From assembly GCF_031426875.1 (NCBI RefSeq), contig NZ_JASJPC010000018.1:2428-66427 (forward strand): a stretch of 64,000 nucleotides of DNA. The letters run 5' to 3'. The number at the start of each line of letters is the position of its first letter. Position 1 is the first letter of the stretch. Below, piece by piece: positions 40,257 to 59,837 of this stretch. The stretch comes from Sulfuritalea sp. GTDB taxonomy: Bacteria; Pseudomonadota; Gammaproteobacteria; Burkholderiales; Rhodocyclaceae. A program made the position numbers and the translations under genes. A model generated the notes under the pieces. That model had not been told where the DNA came from and searched no databases. It was given only the letters and a program-made list of their open reading frames with translations.

Positions 40257-41894
40257 ATGAGCAATCCCTACGCCGCCGGCCTGGAGAAGAATCCGGCCAA
40301 TTATGTGCCGCTGACGCCGCTGACCTTCATCGAACGTTCCGCCTACATCTATTCCGAGCGCGTGGCGAGCATCCACGGCGCGCGCCGCTACACCTGGGCC
40401 CAGGCCTACGAGCGCAGCCGGCGCCTGGCCTCGGCGCTGGCGGCGCAAGGAGTTGGCGCTGGCGACACGGTGGCGGCGATGCTCAACAACACGCCCGAGA
40501 TGTTCGAATGCCATTTCGGCGTGCCGATGTGCGGCGCCGTGCTGAATACCCTGAACACGCGCCTCGACGCCGAATCGATCGCCTTCATGCTCAACCACGG
40601 CGAGGCCAAGGTGCTGATCACCGACCGCGAGTATTCGACGATGGTCAGAAAGGCCCTGGCCGAACTGGGGCGCAGCATCCTCGTCGTCGATGTCGACGAT
40701 CCCGAATACACCGGCCCCGGCGAGCGCCTGGGCACGCTCGACTATGAGAGCTTCCTCGCCACCGGCAATCCCGCCTACGCCTGGAAGACGCCGGCCGACG
40801 AGTGGGAAGCGATCTCGCTCAACTACACCTCGGGCACCACCGGCAACCCCAAGGGCGTGGTCTATCACCACCGCGGCGCTTATCTCAACGCGCTGTCCAA
40901 CATCGTCTCCTGGGGCATGCCGCCGCAGTCGATCTACCTGTGGACCCTGCCGATGTTCCATTGCAACGGCTGGTGCTTCCCCTGGACCGTGGCGGCCAAT
41001 TCCGGCACCAATGTCTGCCTGCGCCGCGTCGATCCCAAGCTGATTCTCGATGCCATCCGCGAGCACAAGGTCAGCCATTATTGCGGCGCGCCGATCGTGC
41101 ATTCGATGCTGATCAGCGCCCCGGCGGCCTGGCGCGAGGGCATCGAGCACAAGGTTTCGGCGCTGGTCGCCGCCGCGCCGCCGCCGGCCGCGGTGATCGA
41201 AGGCATGAACACGATCGGCTTCAACATCACCCATGTCTATGGCCTCACCGAAACCTATGGCCCGGCCGCGGTCTGCGCCAAGCACGAGGAATGGCTGGAA
41301 CTGCCGCTCGACGAACAGGTGCGCCTGAACGGCCGCCAGGGCGTGCGCTACCACTGCCAGGAAGGCATCACGGTGATGGACCCGGAAACCATGCTGCCGG
41401 TGCCCTGGGACGACCAGACCATGGGCGAGATCATGTTCCGCGGCAACATCGTGATGAAGGGCTACCTGAAGAATCCGAAGGCCACCGAAGAGGCCTTCCG
41501 CGGCGGCTGGTATCACACCGGCGACCTGGCCGTGATGCAGCCCGACGGCTACGTCAAGATCAAGGACCGCAGCAAGGACGTAATCATTTCGGGCGGCGAG
41601 AACATCTCCTCGATCGAGGTCGAGGACACGCTGTATCGCCATCCGGCGGTGATGGGCGCCGCCGTGGTCGCCACCCCCGACGAGAAGTGGGGCGAGGTGC
41701 CCTGCGCCTTCATCGAACTGCGCGAAGGTTCGACCGTCACGGCCGAGGAACTGACCGAGTTCTGCCGCGAGCGCATGGCGCGCTTCAAGGTGCCGAAGAA
41801 GTTCATCTTCGAGGCGCTGCCCAAGACCTCGACCGGCAAGATCCAGAAGTACGTGCTGCGCGAGAAGGCCAAGTCGGCCGCCGCGATCGAATAA
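40257..41894 (+). CDS. Acyl-CoA synthetase (AMP-binding)
   Basis: YTSGTTGNPKG, YGLTE, HTGDLA, IISGGENISS, PKTSTGKIQK. Confidence 0.93.
   Translation: MSNPYAAGLEKNPANYVPLTPLTFIERSAYIYSERVASIHGARRYTWAQAYERSRRLASALAAQGVGAGDTVAAMLNNTPEMFECHFGVPMCGAVLNTLNTRLDAESIAFMLNHGEAKVLITDREYSTMVRKALAELGRSILVVDVDDPEYTGPGERLGTLDYESFLATGNPAYAWKTPADEWEAISLNYTSGTTGNPKGVVYHHRGAYLNALSNIVSWGMPPQSIYLWTLPMFHCNGWCFPWTVAANSGTNVCLRRVDPKLILDAIREHKVSHYCGAPIVHSMLISAPAAWREGIEHKVSALVAAAPPPAAVIEGMNTIGFNITHVYGLTETYGPAAVCAKHEEWLELPLDEQVRLNGRQGVRYHCQEGITVMDPETMLPVPWDDQTMGEIMFRGNIVMKGYLKNPKATEEAFRGGWYHTGDLAVMQPDGYVKIKDRSKDVIISGGENISSIEVEDTLYRHPAVMGAAVVATPDEKWGEVPCAFIELREGSTVTAEELTEFCRERMARFKVPKKFIFEALPKTSTGKIQKYVLREKAKSAAAIE
40450..40472 (+). 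repeat. 23-bp motif copy inside acyl-CoA synthetase (sense)
   Basis: GAGTTGGCGCTGGCGACACGGTG. Confidence 0.8.
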
Positions 41895-44309
41895 GTGATC
41901 TGGCTGCCGCGCCTGGGCGCCGCGCTGCTGGCGCTGTTCGTCACCGCCGTCGCGCTCGCCGTGATCTGGTGGCAGCGCGTGACGCCGGTCAGCGAAGGGC
42001 GGCTGGAGGTCGCCGGACTCGCGGGTGAAGTCAGCATCGAGCGCGACGACAACGGCATTCCGACGCTGCGCGGCGCCAGTCGCGATGCCGTGCTGTTCGG
42101 CCTCGGCTTCGTCCATGCGCAGGATCGCCTGTGGCAGCTCGAAACGCATCGCCGCATCGGCTCCGGGCGGCTGGCGGAAGCCTTCGGCCCGGCCGCGCTG
42201 GACAACGACAGGTTTCTGCGCGCCCTCGGCGTGCGGCATGCCGCGACCGCACAATGGGTCGCGCTGGGCGCCGACGCGCGCGCCGCGGTTCTGGCCTATA
42301 CCGCCGGCATCAACGCCTACATCGCCGATCATTTGCGCGCCCGTCCGCCGGAATTCCTGATCCTCGGCCTGCAGCCGGAACCCTGGACGCCGGAGGACAC
42401 GCTGGCCTGGGGCATCATGATGGCCTGGGATCTCGGCGCCAACTGGACCAATGAACTGCTGCGCATGCGCCTCGCCCTGAGCCTGCCGGTGGCGCGCATC
42501 GACCAGTTGTTGCCGCCCTATCCCGGCCAGAAGCCGCTGCCCGTGCGCGACTATGCGGCGCTGTATCGCGAGCTGAAACTCAGCGGCGATCTCGGCCAGC
42601 AGGCCCTGCTCGACGCACCCGAATCCGGCGTCGAAGGCGTCGGTTCGAACAACTGGGTGGTGGCCGGTTCGCGCAGTGCATCGGGCAAGCCACTGCTGGC
42701 CAACGATCCGCATCTCAAGCTGACGACGCCGGCCCTGTGGTATTTCGCGCGCCTCGAAGCGCCCGGCCTCAAGATGGCGGGCGCCACCATGCCCGGCCTG
42801 CCGCTGCTGGTGCTGGGCCAGAACGAACGCATCGCCTGGGGCTTCACCAACACCAATCCCGACGTCCAGGACGTCTACCTCGAACAGATCAAGCCCGACG
42901 ATGCGACGCGCTATCGCACGCCCGACGGCTGGGCAGCGTTCCAGTCCTACACCGAGACCATCCGCGTCAAGGGCGGGGCCGACGTCACCCTGGTCACGCG
43001 GGCGACACGCCACGGGCCGGTGATTTCGGATGCCGGCACGCCGGTCGTCGCCGGCCTCACGGGAAAGCCGGGCGGCCCGGGCTATGCCCTGGCCCTGCGC
43101 TGGACGGCGCTGGATGCCGATGCCGCCAGCATCGATGGCGGGCTGGCGATCGGCGCTGCCGGATCGGTGGCCGAGTTCGTCGCGGCGGCGGAGAAGTACA
43201 AGGCGCCGATGCAGAACATGGTGGTGGCGGACGTCGCCGGCAGCATCGGCTTCATCGCCGCCGGGCGCGTGCCGCTGCGCGGCGCCGACAACGATCTGCA
43301 AGGCCAGGCGCCGGCGCCGGGCTGGGAGGCGCGCTACGACTGGATCGGCTTCGTCGATCCGGGCCAGACGCCGCGCGAGATCGACCCGCCGCGCGGCTGG
43401 ATCGCCACCGCCAATCACCGTGTCGCCAGCGCCAACTATCCGCATTACATCACCAGCGAATGGGCCTTGCCCTACCGCCAGCAGCGTATCGAGACCCTGC
43501 TCGCAGCGCAGCCGAAACACGACAAAGAAAGCCTGCGCCGCATCCAGGCCGATGTCCTTTCACCAGCGGCGCAGCGCCTGCTGCCCTGGCTGAAGAAGGC
43601 GCAGCCGACGCATGCGCTGGGAGCGGCCGCGACGCAGCGCCTGGCCGGCTTCGAGGGCGAAATGCGCGCGCTCGACGTCGCGCCGACCATCTTCGCCGCC
43701 TGGGCGCGCGAGCTGACGCGCGCGGTGTTCGCCGACGAAATGGGCGGCGACGAGATGTATTTGCGCCAGGTCGGCCGCGCCGATTTCCGTGCCGCGCTGG
43801 AAGGCGTGCTTGACCGCGACGATGCCTGGTGGTGCGACGACAAATCGACGCCGGCCGCGGAAACCTGCGCCGCGCTGGTCAACCGTTCGCTCGACCGCGC
43901 CCTCGACGAGTTGCAGCAACGCCTGGGGCCGGACATGGCGCGCTGGCACTGGGGCGTGGTGCATCTGGCACGCGCCGAGCACCGGCCGTTCTCCAAGGTC
44001 AGGGCGCTGGCGCCGTGGTTCGAACTGCGCGTCGCCACCGGCGGCGACAACTACACGGTGAATGTCGGCCGCTATCACCTCAAAGGCGACGAACCCTATC
44101 TCAACGAGCATGCCGCCAGCCTGCGCGCCATCTATGACCTGGGCAACCCCACGAACTCCGGCGTGATGCATTCGAGCGGACAGTCCGGCCTGGTGCTCTC
44201 GCCCGATTTCAGGCGTCTGCTCGAACCCTGGCAGGCGGTGCGCGATCTGCCGCTGTGGGGCGGCGGCGGCAAGAAACTGGTGCTGCAGGGCCGCCCTGCG
44301 GCAAAATGA
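41895..44309 (+). CDS. Penicillin acylase family (Ntn hydrolase)
   Basis: GFVHAQDRLWQ, GSNNW nucleophile, ANDPHL, GQSG; GTG start right after upstream stop. Confidence 0.9.
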   Translation: MIWLPRLGAALLALFVTAVALAVIWWQRVTPVSEGRLEVAGLAGEVSIERDDNGIPTLRGASRDAVLFGLGFVHAQDRLWQLETHRRIGSGRLAEAFGPAALDNDRFLRALGVRHAATAQWVALGADARAAVLAYTAGINAYIADHLRARPPEFLILGLQPEPWTPEDTLAWGIMMAWDLGANWTNELLRMRLALSLPVARIDQLLPPYPGQKPLPVRDYAALYRELKLSGDLGQQALLDAPESGVEGVGSNNWVVAGSRSASGKPLLANDPHLKLTTPALWYFARLEAPGLKMAGATMPGLPLLVLGQNERIAWGFTNTNPDVQDVYLEQIKPDDATRYRTPDGWAAFQSYTETIRVKGGADVTLVTRATRHGPVISDAGTPVVAGLTGKPGGPGYALALRWTALDADAASIDGGLAIGAAGSVAEFVAAAEKYKAPMQNMVVADVAGSIGFIAAGRVPLRGADNDLQGQAPAPGWEARYDWIGFVDPGQTPREIDPPRGWIATANHRVASANYPHYITSEWALPYRQQRIETLLAAQPKHDKESLRRIQADVLSPAAQRLLPWLKKAQPTHALGAAATQRLAGFEGEMRALDVAPTIFAAWARELTRAVFADEMGGDEMYLRQVGRADFRAALEGVLDRDDAWWCDDKSTPAAETCAALVNRSLDRALDELQQRLGPDMARWHWGVVHLARAEHRPFSKVRALAPWFELRVATGGDNYTVNVGRYHLKGDEPYLNEHAASLRAIYDLGNPTNSGVMHSSGQSGLVLSPDFRRLLEPWQAVRDLPLWGGGGKKLVLQGRPAAK
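43416..43438 (-). repeat. 23-bp motif copy inside penicillin acylase (antisense)
   Basis: rc TAGTTGGCGCTGGCGACACGGTG. Confidence 0.8.
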
Positions 44310-44343
44310 ATCCTTTACCGAAGAACACCAAGGAGGCCGCACC

Positions 44344-45141
44344 ATGAATGCACCCGAACAATCCACATTGCCCATCCTGATGCGCGAAGACAAGGATGGC
44401 GTCGCGACCCTGACGCTGAACCGGCCGACCCAGTTCAACTCGCTGTCGGAGGAAATGCTGGCCGAGCTGCAGGCGGCGCTCGATGCCATCGCCAAGGACG
44501 TCTCGGTGCGCGCCGTGGTGATTGCCGGCGCCGGCAAGGCCTTCTGCGCCGGCCACGACCTCAAGCAGATGCGCGCCAATCACAGCAAGGCCTACATGCA
44601 GAAGCTGTTCAAGCAATGCGGCAAGGTCATGATGTCCATCACCGAAATGCCGCAGCCGGTGATCGCGCGCATCCACGGCATCGCCACGGCGGCAGGCTGC
44701 CAACTGGTGGCCATGTGCGATCTGGCGGTGGCCGCCGAAGGCGCGAAGTTCGCCGTATCCGGCATCAACGTCGGCCTCTTCTGCTCGACGCCCTCGGTCG
44801 CGCTGGGGCGCGCCATGGGCCGCAAGCAGGCCATGGAAATGCTGCTGACCGGGGATTTCATCGACGCCGCGGAGGCGCAGCGGCGCGGCCTGATCAACCG
44901 CGTGGTGCCGCTCGACCAGCTCGATGCCGAAGTGAAAAAGCTGACCGATTCGATCTGCGCCAAGTCGGCCGTGGCCGTCGGCATGGGCAAGCAGATGTTC
45001 TACAAGCAACTCGAAATGGGCCTCGACGGCGCCTACCAGCTCGCCTCGGAAACCATGGCCTGCAACATGATGGCCGACGACGCGGCGGAAGGCATCGACG
45101 CCTTCATGCAGAAACGCAAGCCGGAGTGGAAAGGCTGCTGA
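44344..45141 (+). CDS. Enoyl-CoA hydratase/isomerase family
   Basis: LTLNRP, FCAGHDLK, ATAAGCQLVA. Confidence 0.9.
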   Translation: MNAPEQSTLPILMREDKDGVATLTLNRPTQFNSLSEEMLAELQAALDAIAKDVSVRAVVIAGAGKAFCAGHDLKQMRANHSKAYMQKLFKQCGKVMMSITEMPQPVIARIHGIATAAGCQLVAMCDLAVAAEGAKFAVSGINVGLFCSTPSVALGRAMGRKQAMEMLLTGDFIDAAEAQRRGLINRVVPLDQLDAEVKKLTDSICAKSAVAVGMGKQMFYKQLEMGLDGAYQLASETMACNMMADDAAEGIDAFMQKRKPEWKGC

Positions 45142-45163
45142 TTTCCTGAGCGAAGCTCCACCC

Positions 45164-46342
45164 ATGGGCTTTGCTCCCTTTTCCATTTCCCGCCTGCCGC
45201 GGATCGAGTTCGGCCAGGGTTCCCTGGAACGCTTGCCCGACATCGCCGCCGGCTATGGCAAACGACTGCTGCTGGTCACCGGCGCACGCAGCTTTCTCGC
45301 CTCGGCCAATGCCGTGCGGCTGTTCGATGCCTTGCGCCAGCGCGGTTGCAGTTGGGAAATCGTCAAGATCACCGTCGAGCCGGCGCCGACTTTCATCGAC
45401 GCCACCGTCGCGGCGATGCGCGTCGAAGCATTCGACGCGGTGATCGGCATCGGCGGCGGCAGCGCGCTCGATGCGGCGAAAGCCATCGCCGCATTGCTGA
45501 AACCCGGCAATTCGGTGATGGATCACCTGGAAGGTGTCGGCCCCGAGCTGCCCTATGCCGGTCCGGCGACACCCTTCATTGCCGTTCCGACCACCGCCGG
45601 GACAGGCTCGGAAGCCACCAGGAACGCGGTGCTGTCGATCGAAGGGCGATTCAAGAAATCCTTCCGCGACGAAAAGCTGGTGGCCGAATGGGCCATCGTC
45701 GATCCCGAACTGATCTCCGGTTGTCCACCGCAGCTGGTCGCCGCCGATGGCATGGATGCCTTCACGCAGTTGCTCGAATCCTTCGTATCGACGCGCAGCA
45801 ATCCGATGACCGATGCGCTGGCGCGTTCCGGCATCATGGCCGTCAAGGACGGGCTGCTGTCGCTGTATGCGGCGCAGTCCGCAGCGGCGCGCGAGAAGAT
45901 GGCTTACGCATCGCTGCTGTCGGGCATCTGCCTGGCGCAGACCGGCCTCGGTTCGGTGCATGGCCTTGCTGCGCCGCTCGGCGCCTTCTTCCCCATTCCC
46001 CACGGCGCCGCCTGTGGCACGCTGGTGGCAACGGCGACGGCCGCCAACATCGAGGCGCTGGAAAGGCGCGAACCCGACAATCCTGCGCTGCCGAAATACG
46101 CCGAGATAGGCCGTCGTTTCGCCATGCAGAAAGGCTTGAACGGGCGCGACGCGCGCAGCTTCCTCGTCAGCACCTTGCGGCAGTGGGAGCAGACGCTGGC
46201 CTTGCCCCGTCTGTCGCATTGGCGTGTCGCCAGCGCCGACTTTCCGCGCATCGTGGCGAATTGCCGCGGCAGCAGCATGAAGACCAACCCGATCGTGCTC
46301 ACCGACGAGGAGCTTGTCGGGGTGCTGGCAGCTAGGCTCTAG
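45164..46342 (+). CDS. Iron-containing alcohol dehydrogenase
   Basis: GGGSALD, PTTAGTGSE, DAFTQ, H..A, HG.AC. Confidence 0.9.
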   Translation: MGFAPFSISRLPRIEFGQGSLERLPDIAAGYGKRLLLVTGARSFLASANAVRLFDALRQRGCSWEIVKITVEPAPTFIDATVAAMRVEAFDAVIGIGGGSALDAAKAIAALLKPGNSVMDHLEGVGPELPYAGPATPFIAVPTTAGTGSEATRNAVLSIEGRFKKSFRDEKLVAEWAIVDPELISGCPPQLVAADGMDAFTQLLESFVSTRSNPMTDALARSGIMAVKDGLLSLYAAQSAAAREKMAYASLLSGICLAQTGLGSVHGLAAPLGAFFPIPHGAACGTLVATATAANIEALERREPDNPALPKYAEIGRRFAMQKGLNGRDARSFLVSTLRQWEQTLALPRLSHWRVASADFPRIVANCRGSSMKTNPIVLTDEELVGVLAARL

Positions 46343-46454
46343 TAGTCAGTCGACAAGGAAAAGGCGCATTCCCTGTAGGAGCGAGCTTGCTCGCGATAAG
46401 CCGTTGTCGCGAGCAAGCTCGCTCCTACATCCATCGGTTTCAACAGGCTGCTAG
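46339..46454. mobile_element. CTAG-flanked MITE-like element carrying a REP-A doublet, copy 3
   Basis: CTAG..TAGTCAGTCGACA left end versus CAGCCTGTTGAAA right end (rc); left CTAG contains the ADH stop codon. Confidence 0.75.
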
Positions 46455-46469
46455 GCGCCACGCTGCGAA

Positions 46470-47996
<1,527 letters not shown>

Positions 47997-48054
47997 CGGC
48001 GGTTTCTCCGGAGGACTGGTTTCGCTTGACGGGGAAAGTTCGCGGCCCGATCTG

Positions 48055-48819
48055 TCAGTCTGCCACCAGGCAGGTCACGCCCGCATCGGACATCAAGGCC
48101 GGGAAGGGACTGGGTGGAGTCGCGTCGGTGTACAGGATGTCGACCTGATTCAAACGTGCCACCTCGACCATCGCGGGACGATTGAACTTGCTGCAGTCGG
48201 CTGCCAGCCATACTTCGCGCGACTGCTGGATGATGGTCTGCGCAACTTTCACCTCCCGGTAGTCGAAATCGCGCAGGCTGCCGTCGGCCTCGATGCCTGA
48301 GATGCCGATCAGTCCGATATCGGCCTTGAACTGGCGGATGAAGTCGACCGTGGCTTCGCCAACTATGCCGCGGTCGCGCGAACGCACGACGCCGCCGGTG
48401 ACGATGACTTCGCAGTCGGTGTTGTCGGAGAGGATGGCGGCGACGTTCAGGTTGTTGGTGATCACGCGCAAGCCCTTGTGGCGCAACAGTTCGCGCGCGA
48501 TGGCTTCGGTCGTGGTGCCGATGTTGATGATCAGCGAACAACCGTCCGGAACCGCCTTGGCGACTGCACGTGCGATGCGCTGCTTGGCTGCTTCGTTTAG
48601 CAGTTGGCGCTGCCGGTAGGCGATGTTCTCGGTGGTCGAACTCGGCTCCCGCACTCCTCCGTGAAAACGCGCCAGCAGGCCGGCATCCGACAGGAGTTTC
48701 ACGTCGCGCCGCACGGTTTGCAGGGTCACGCCGAACAAAGCCGCCAATTCTTCAACCGATACGGAACCGCGCGCTTGAACCTGTTCCAGCAACTTGAGTT
48801 GTCTCGGGTTGGGGGTCAT
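48055..48819 (-). CDS. glpR: DeoR-family glycerol-3-phosphate regulon repressor
   Basis: [20 protein letters not shown], DeoR C-terminal domain; divergent from glpD. Confidence 0.9.
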   Translation of the reverse strand: MTPNPRQLKLLEQVQARGSVSVEELAALFGVTLQTVRRDVKLLSDAGLLARFHGGVREPSSTTENIAYRQRQLLNEAAKQRIARAVAKAVPDGCSLIINIGTTTEAIARELLRHKGLRVITNNLNVAAILSDNTDCEVIVTGGVVRSRDRGIVGEATVDFIRQFKADIGLIGISGIEADGSLRDFDYREVKVAQTIIQQSREVWLAADCSKFNRPAMVEVARLNQVDILYTDATPPSPFPALMSDAGVTCLVAD

Positions 48820-49026
48820 GCCTGGGGCTCGAAAAGGGAAACGCCGTAAGAATAATCAAACTGCTTACGAAACACAACACAACAATTAGCTCATATTGGA
48901 ACTTGCAATTTGTTTAAAACTTATGTAAAAAGAACATAAACGCGCTATAACGAACTTTAGCGAAGATAATCCAAAACGCCCTCCCGGTTGTACCGGGATG
49001 CGGCGCGCATCGAACGAGGAGACCGC
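48820..49026. promoter_or_regulatory. AT-rich glpR/glpD divergent promoter region with probable GlpR operators
   Basis: Sharp AT enrichment, repeated CGAA/GAAC half-sites; exact operators not resolved. Confidence 0.5.
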
Positions 49027-50628
49027 ATGGCCGAGCCCCACCCCGGTGGTCAGGTGAGCAGCATTGACGCTTCCAATGCGCAATCCTGCGACGTACTTGT
49101 GGTTGGCGGCGGCATCAACGGTGTCGGCATTGCGCGCGACCTGGCCGGCCGCGGCATGCGGGTGATACTGGCCGAGCAAGACGATTTGGGCGCCCATACA
49201 TCGTCATCCTCGACCAAGCTGATCCACGGCGGCTTGCGCTATCTGGAGTACTACGAGTTTTCGCTGGTGCGCAAGTCGTTGCTGGAACGCGAAGTGCTGC
49301 TCAGAAGTGCGCCGCACATCATTCGGCCACTGCGCTTCGTCATGCCGCACGACCCGTCGATGCGGCCGGCCTGGATGATCCGGCTGGGTCTTTTTCTCTA
49401 TGACCACCTGGCGCGGCGCGAAGTGCTGCCCGGTTCCGCCGGGGTGGACCTGCGCACCGATCCACTCGGCGCGCCGTTGCAGGAGCGATACACGCGCGGC
49501 TTTGTGTATTCCGACGGATGGGTGGACGATGCGCGTCTGGTGGTCCTCAATGCGCTGGACGCGCAAGCCCGCGGTGCGCAGATTATCACCCGCACCCGCT
49601 GCGCCGCCGCGCAGCGCAACGGGCAGGAGTGGATGGCCACCCTGCAGTCGCCGGGGGATCCCGAACGCACGATCTGCGCCCGAGCGCTGGTCAATGCCGC
49701 CGGGCCGTGGGCGGAATCATTTCTGCTCGACGCAGCCAAAGCCGCCCACGGCGAAGCGCTGGTGACCAAAACCCTGCGGCTGGTCAAAGGCAGCCACATC
49801 GTCGTACCGCGCTGCTTCGAGCACGACCACGCCTACATTTTCCAGAACCCGGACCGGCGCATTATTTTCGCCATCCCGTATGAAGAGCAATTCACGCTGA
49901 TCGGAACCACCGAAGTAGAGCTTCATGGCGATCCAGGGGACACCAGCATCGGCGACGACGAAGTGGCTTATCTTTGCCGGCAGGTGAGCCGCTATTTCAC
50001 CCGTCCGGTGAAGCCAAGCGACGTGGTATGGAGCTATGCCGGCGTGCGTCCACTGCTCGACGATGCGTCGGGCGACCTCTCGGCCGTCACTCGCGACTAC
50101 ATGTTGGAGAGCAACACCGAGGCAGCACCGCTGTTGAGCGTGTGGGGCGGCAAGATCACCACTTTCCGCAAGCTGGCCGAGGAAGCCGCCGACGAGATAG
50201 GACGCATGCTCGGAGAGCCTGCATCGCGCAAGGCGTGGACCAAGGGAGCCAGTCTGCCCGGCGGCGACCTCCGCGACTGGATCGGCGCGCTGCGCCGGCC
50301 CGATACCGACTTCGAGCGCTTTGTCATTGCGGTGCGGGCGCGCTATCCCTGGCTCGACGCGTCACTGGCGCGGCGTTTTGCGCGTGCCTACGGCAGCCGC
50401 ATCGACCGCGTGCTGATTGACGCCGGCTGCCGCACCGATCTTGGCGAGGAAGTGGCTCCCGGTCTGTTCGAGGCGGAACTACGCTACCTGCGGCGCGAGG
50501 AGTGGGCGTGCACGGCCGAGGACGTGCTGTGGCGCCGCACTCGGCTGGGCCTGCACTTGACCGAAGCCGAGCGTCAAAGAGTCGCGGATTGGATGAATGC
50601 GGTGGATGAACGGAGAAAGGCCGCCTGA
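49027..50628 (+). CDS. glpD: Aerobic glycerol-3-phosphate dehydrogenase
   Basis: GGGINGVG, TSSSSTKLIHGGLRYLE, GVRPL, GGKITT. Confidence 0.95.
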   Translation: MAEPHPGGQVSSIDASNAQSCDVLVVGGGINGVGIARDLAGRGMRVILAEQDDLGAHTSSSSTKLIHGGLRYLEYYEFSLVRKSLLEREVLLRSAPHIIRPLRFVMPHDPSMRPAWMIRLGLFLYDHLARREVLPGSAGVDLRTDPLGAPLQERYTRGFVYSDGWVDDARLVVLNALDAQARGAQIITRTRCAAAQRNGQEWMATLQSPGDPERTICARALVNAAGPWAESFLLDAAKAAHGEALVTKTLRLVKGSHIVVPRCFEHDHAYIFQNPDRRIIFAIPYEEQFTLIGTTEVELHGDPGDTSIGDDEVAYLCRQVSRYFTRPVKPSDVVWSYAGVRPLLDDASGDLSAVTRDYMLESNTEAAPLLSVWGGKITTFRKLAEEAADEIGRMLGEPASRKAWTKGASLPGGDLRDWIGALRRPDTDFERFVIAVRARYPWLDASLARRFARAYGSRIDRVLIDAGCRTDLGEEVAPGLFEAELRYLRREEWACTAEDVLWRRTRLGLHLTEAERQRVADWMNAVDERRKAA

Positions 50629-50674
50629 TGAAGTGCAGATTTCGGAGCAACTTGGGATTCCGGAGAAAATTCCG

Positions 50675-51760
<1,086 letters not shown>

Positions 51761-51761
51761 G

Positions 51762-52834
51762 ATGGCGCGCATCGATCTCGATCTGGCCCATGCCTATGGG
51801 CCCAATCCGAAGCAGGATTCCGACTACGCGCTGCTGCCGCTGAAAATGAGCTTCGCCGATGGCGGCGCCTATGCCTTGCTCGGGCCGTCGGGCTGCGGCA
51901 AGACGACCATGCTCAACATCATGTCGGGCCTGCTGATGCCGTCCACCGGCAGCGTCAGGTTCGACGATCGCGACGTGACGCGCCTCAGTCCCCAGGAACG
52001 CAACATCGCGCAGGTGTTCCAGTTCCCGGTGATCTACGACACCATGAGCGTGGCCGACAACCTGGCCTTTCCCTTGCGCAATCGCAAAATGCCGGAAGAC
52101 CAGGTCAGGAAACGCGTCGGCGAAATCGCCGAGATGCTGGAGTTGAGCGGCCAGCTCGACCAGCGCGCCGCGGATCTCGCGGCCGACGCCAAGCAGAAGA
52201 TATCGCTCGGTCGCGGCCTGGTGCGACCCGATGTGTCGGCGGTGCTGTTCGACGAACCATTGACCGTGATCGATCCGCATCTGAAATGGCAGTTGCGGCG
52301 CAAGCTGAAGCAGATTCATCACGAGCTGAAGCTGACTCTGATCTACGTCACCCACGATCAGGTGGAGGCGCTGACCTTCGCCGACCAGGTGATGGTGATG
52401 ACACGCGGCCGGGCAGTGCAGGTGGGCAGCGCCGATGCCTTGTTCGAGCGGCCGCAGCACACTTTCGTCGGCCACTTCATCGGCTCGCCGGGAATGAACT
52501 TTCTGCCGGCGCGCGTGCAGGGGCGAACGCTGGAGGTCGCAGGCCGCGTGCTGCCTTTGTCGTCCGAGCTCGCCTTGTCCGAGGGCGAGTACAAGCTTGG
52601 CATCCGCCCGGAATATGTCGCGCTGGCGTCGGCGGATGCCCCGGGAGCACTGCCGGCGACGGCGACGCAGGTGCTCGACATCGGCACTCATGCGCTGTTG
52701 ACCGCCCAATGCGGCGAGTGGGCCCTCAAGGCGCGATTGAACCCGGAAGCCACGCTGCCGCGGCTGGGCGAGACCGTCTGGCTGCAGGTGCTGGGCACCC
52801 ATGCCTGTTTCTATCAGAACGAGGAGCTCGTGCC

Positions 52835-52838
<4 letters not shown>
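51762..52838 (+). CDS. Glycerol ABC transporter ATP-binding subunit 2
   Basis: GPSGCGKT, LFDEPL, YVTHDQ; signature degenerate (LAADAKQK). Confidence 0.88.
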
Positions 52839-54533
<1,695 letters not shown>

Positions 54534-54559
54534 TGCGCGAGGTGTCCAGATGTCTCGCC

Positions 54560-54642
54560 AAGTCGGCGCTGATGAAGCCCCTGCGCAGCAGGGCGGTCGG
54601 GCAAAGAACGCTCTCCTCGCCGCTGCGGATGGCGGCACGGCG
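54560..54642 (+). repeat. 83-bp long form of the 23-bp motif, copy 2
   Basis: 69/83 identical to 12516-12598. Confidence 0.8.
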
Positions 54643-54683
54643 CAGCGGGCCGTATATGCGATTCAAATTGCGGGAGCGGAAGC

Positions 54684-54992
54684 ATGCTTGACTGGATGGT
54701 ATGGACTACGCCGGTGGCGGTGTTTTTCAGCTGCATTGCATTGATGCTGGCAGGGATGACCATATGGGAAATCAAGTCGCCGACGACGCTGCGCAAGGGT
54801 TTCCTGCCGATCGCCACGACGCGCGGCGATCGGCTGTTCATCGGACTGCTCGGCGCCGCATACATAAACCTGGCGTTCGTCGGGCTGTCGGGAAAATTCG
54901 CGGAGTGGCTGCAGCTTGAACAGGATCCGAGTGTCTGGATCAGTTTTGCAATTTCGATAGCGGCACTGGTGCTGGTAATGAGGAAGGGCTGA
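54684..54992 (+). CDS. DUF2160 small integral membrane protein (GlpU-like)
   Basis: WMVWT.P.A.FF, RKGFLPI.TTRGDRLFIGLL. Confidence 0.85.
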   Translation: MLDWMVWTTPVAVFFSCIALMLAGMTIWEIKSPTTLRKGFLPIATTRGDRLFIGLLGAAYINLAFVGLSGKFAEWLQLEQDPSVWISFAISIAALVLVMRKG

Positions 54993-55081
54993 AGCGCTTC
55001 TTGGAATCCGGCCCGAAGCTTTCCCGGGGCCGTGGTGACCAACACTACACACGGGGAGGCCTATGCACGAGGAGATGAACA

Positions 55082-56812
<1,731 letters not shown>

Positions 56813-56835
56813 TCCGGGTTTTCGGCTACCAGGTT

Positions 56836-56876
56836 TGGCCGCGCGTGTGCCGAGTGCCGCGCGCGGCCATTTATTT
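56836..56876 (+). terminator. Intrinsic terminator of glycerol operon
   Basis: TGGCCGCGCG/CGCGCGGCCA stem followed by TTTATTT. Confidence 0.65.
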
Positions 56877-56917
56877 GCATATCCCCAACGAAATGGGGAT
56901 ACTCGAAACTTTAGGCC

Positions 56918-59725
<2,808 letters not shown>

Positions 59726-59837
59726 GCGTCGCCGCCGGGCCGCCCCAAGGCGGCGCAGCAAGAAACATGGAGCCGCGTCAGCGGCGAACCAGCGTCATCC
59801 CCTGCCTTGGGCAGGGGAATGGGAGGAGGATCGTTCG

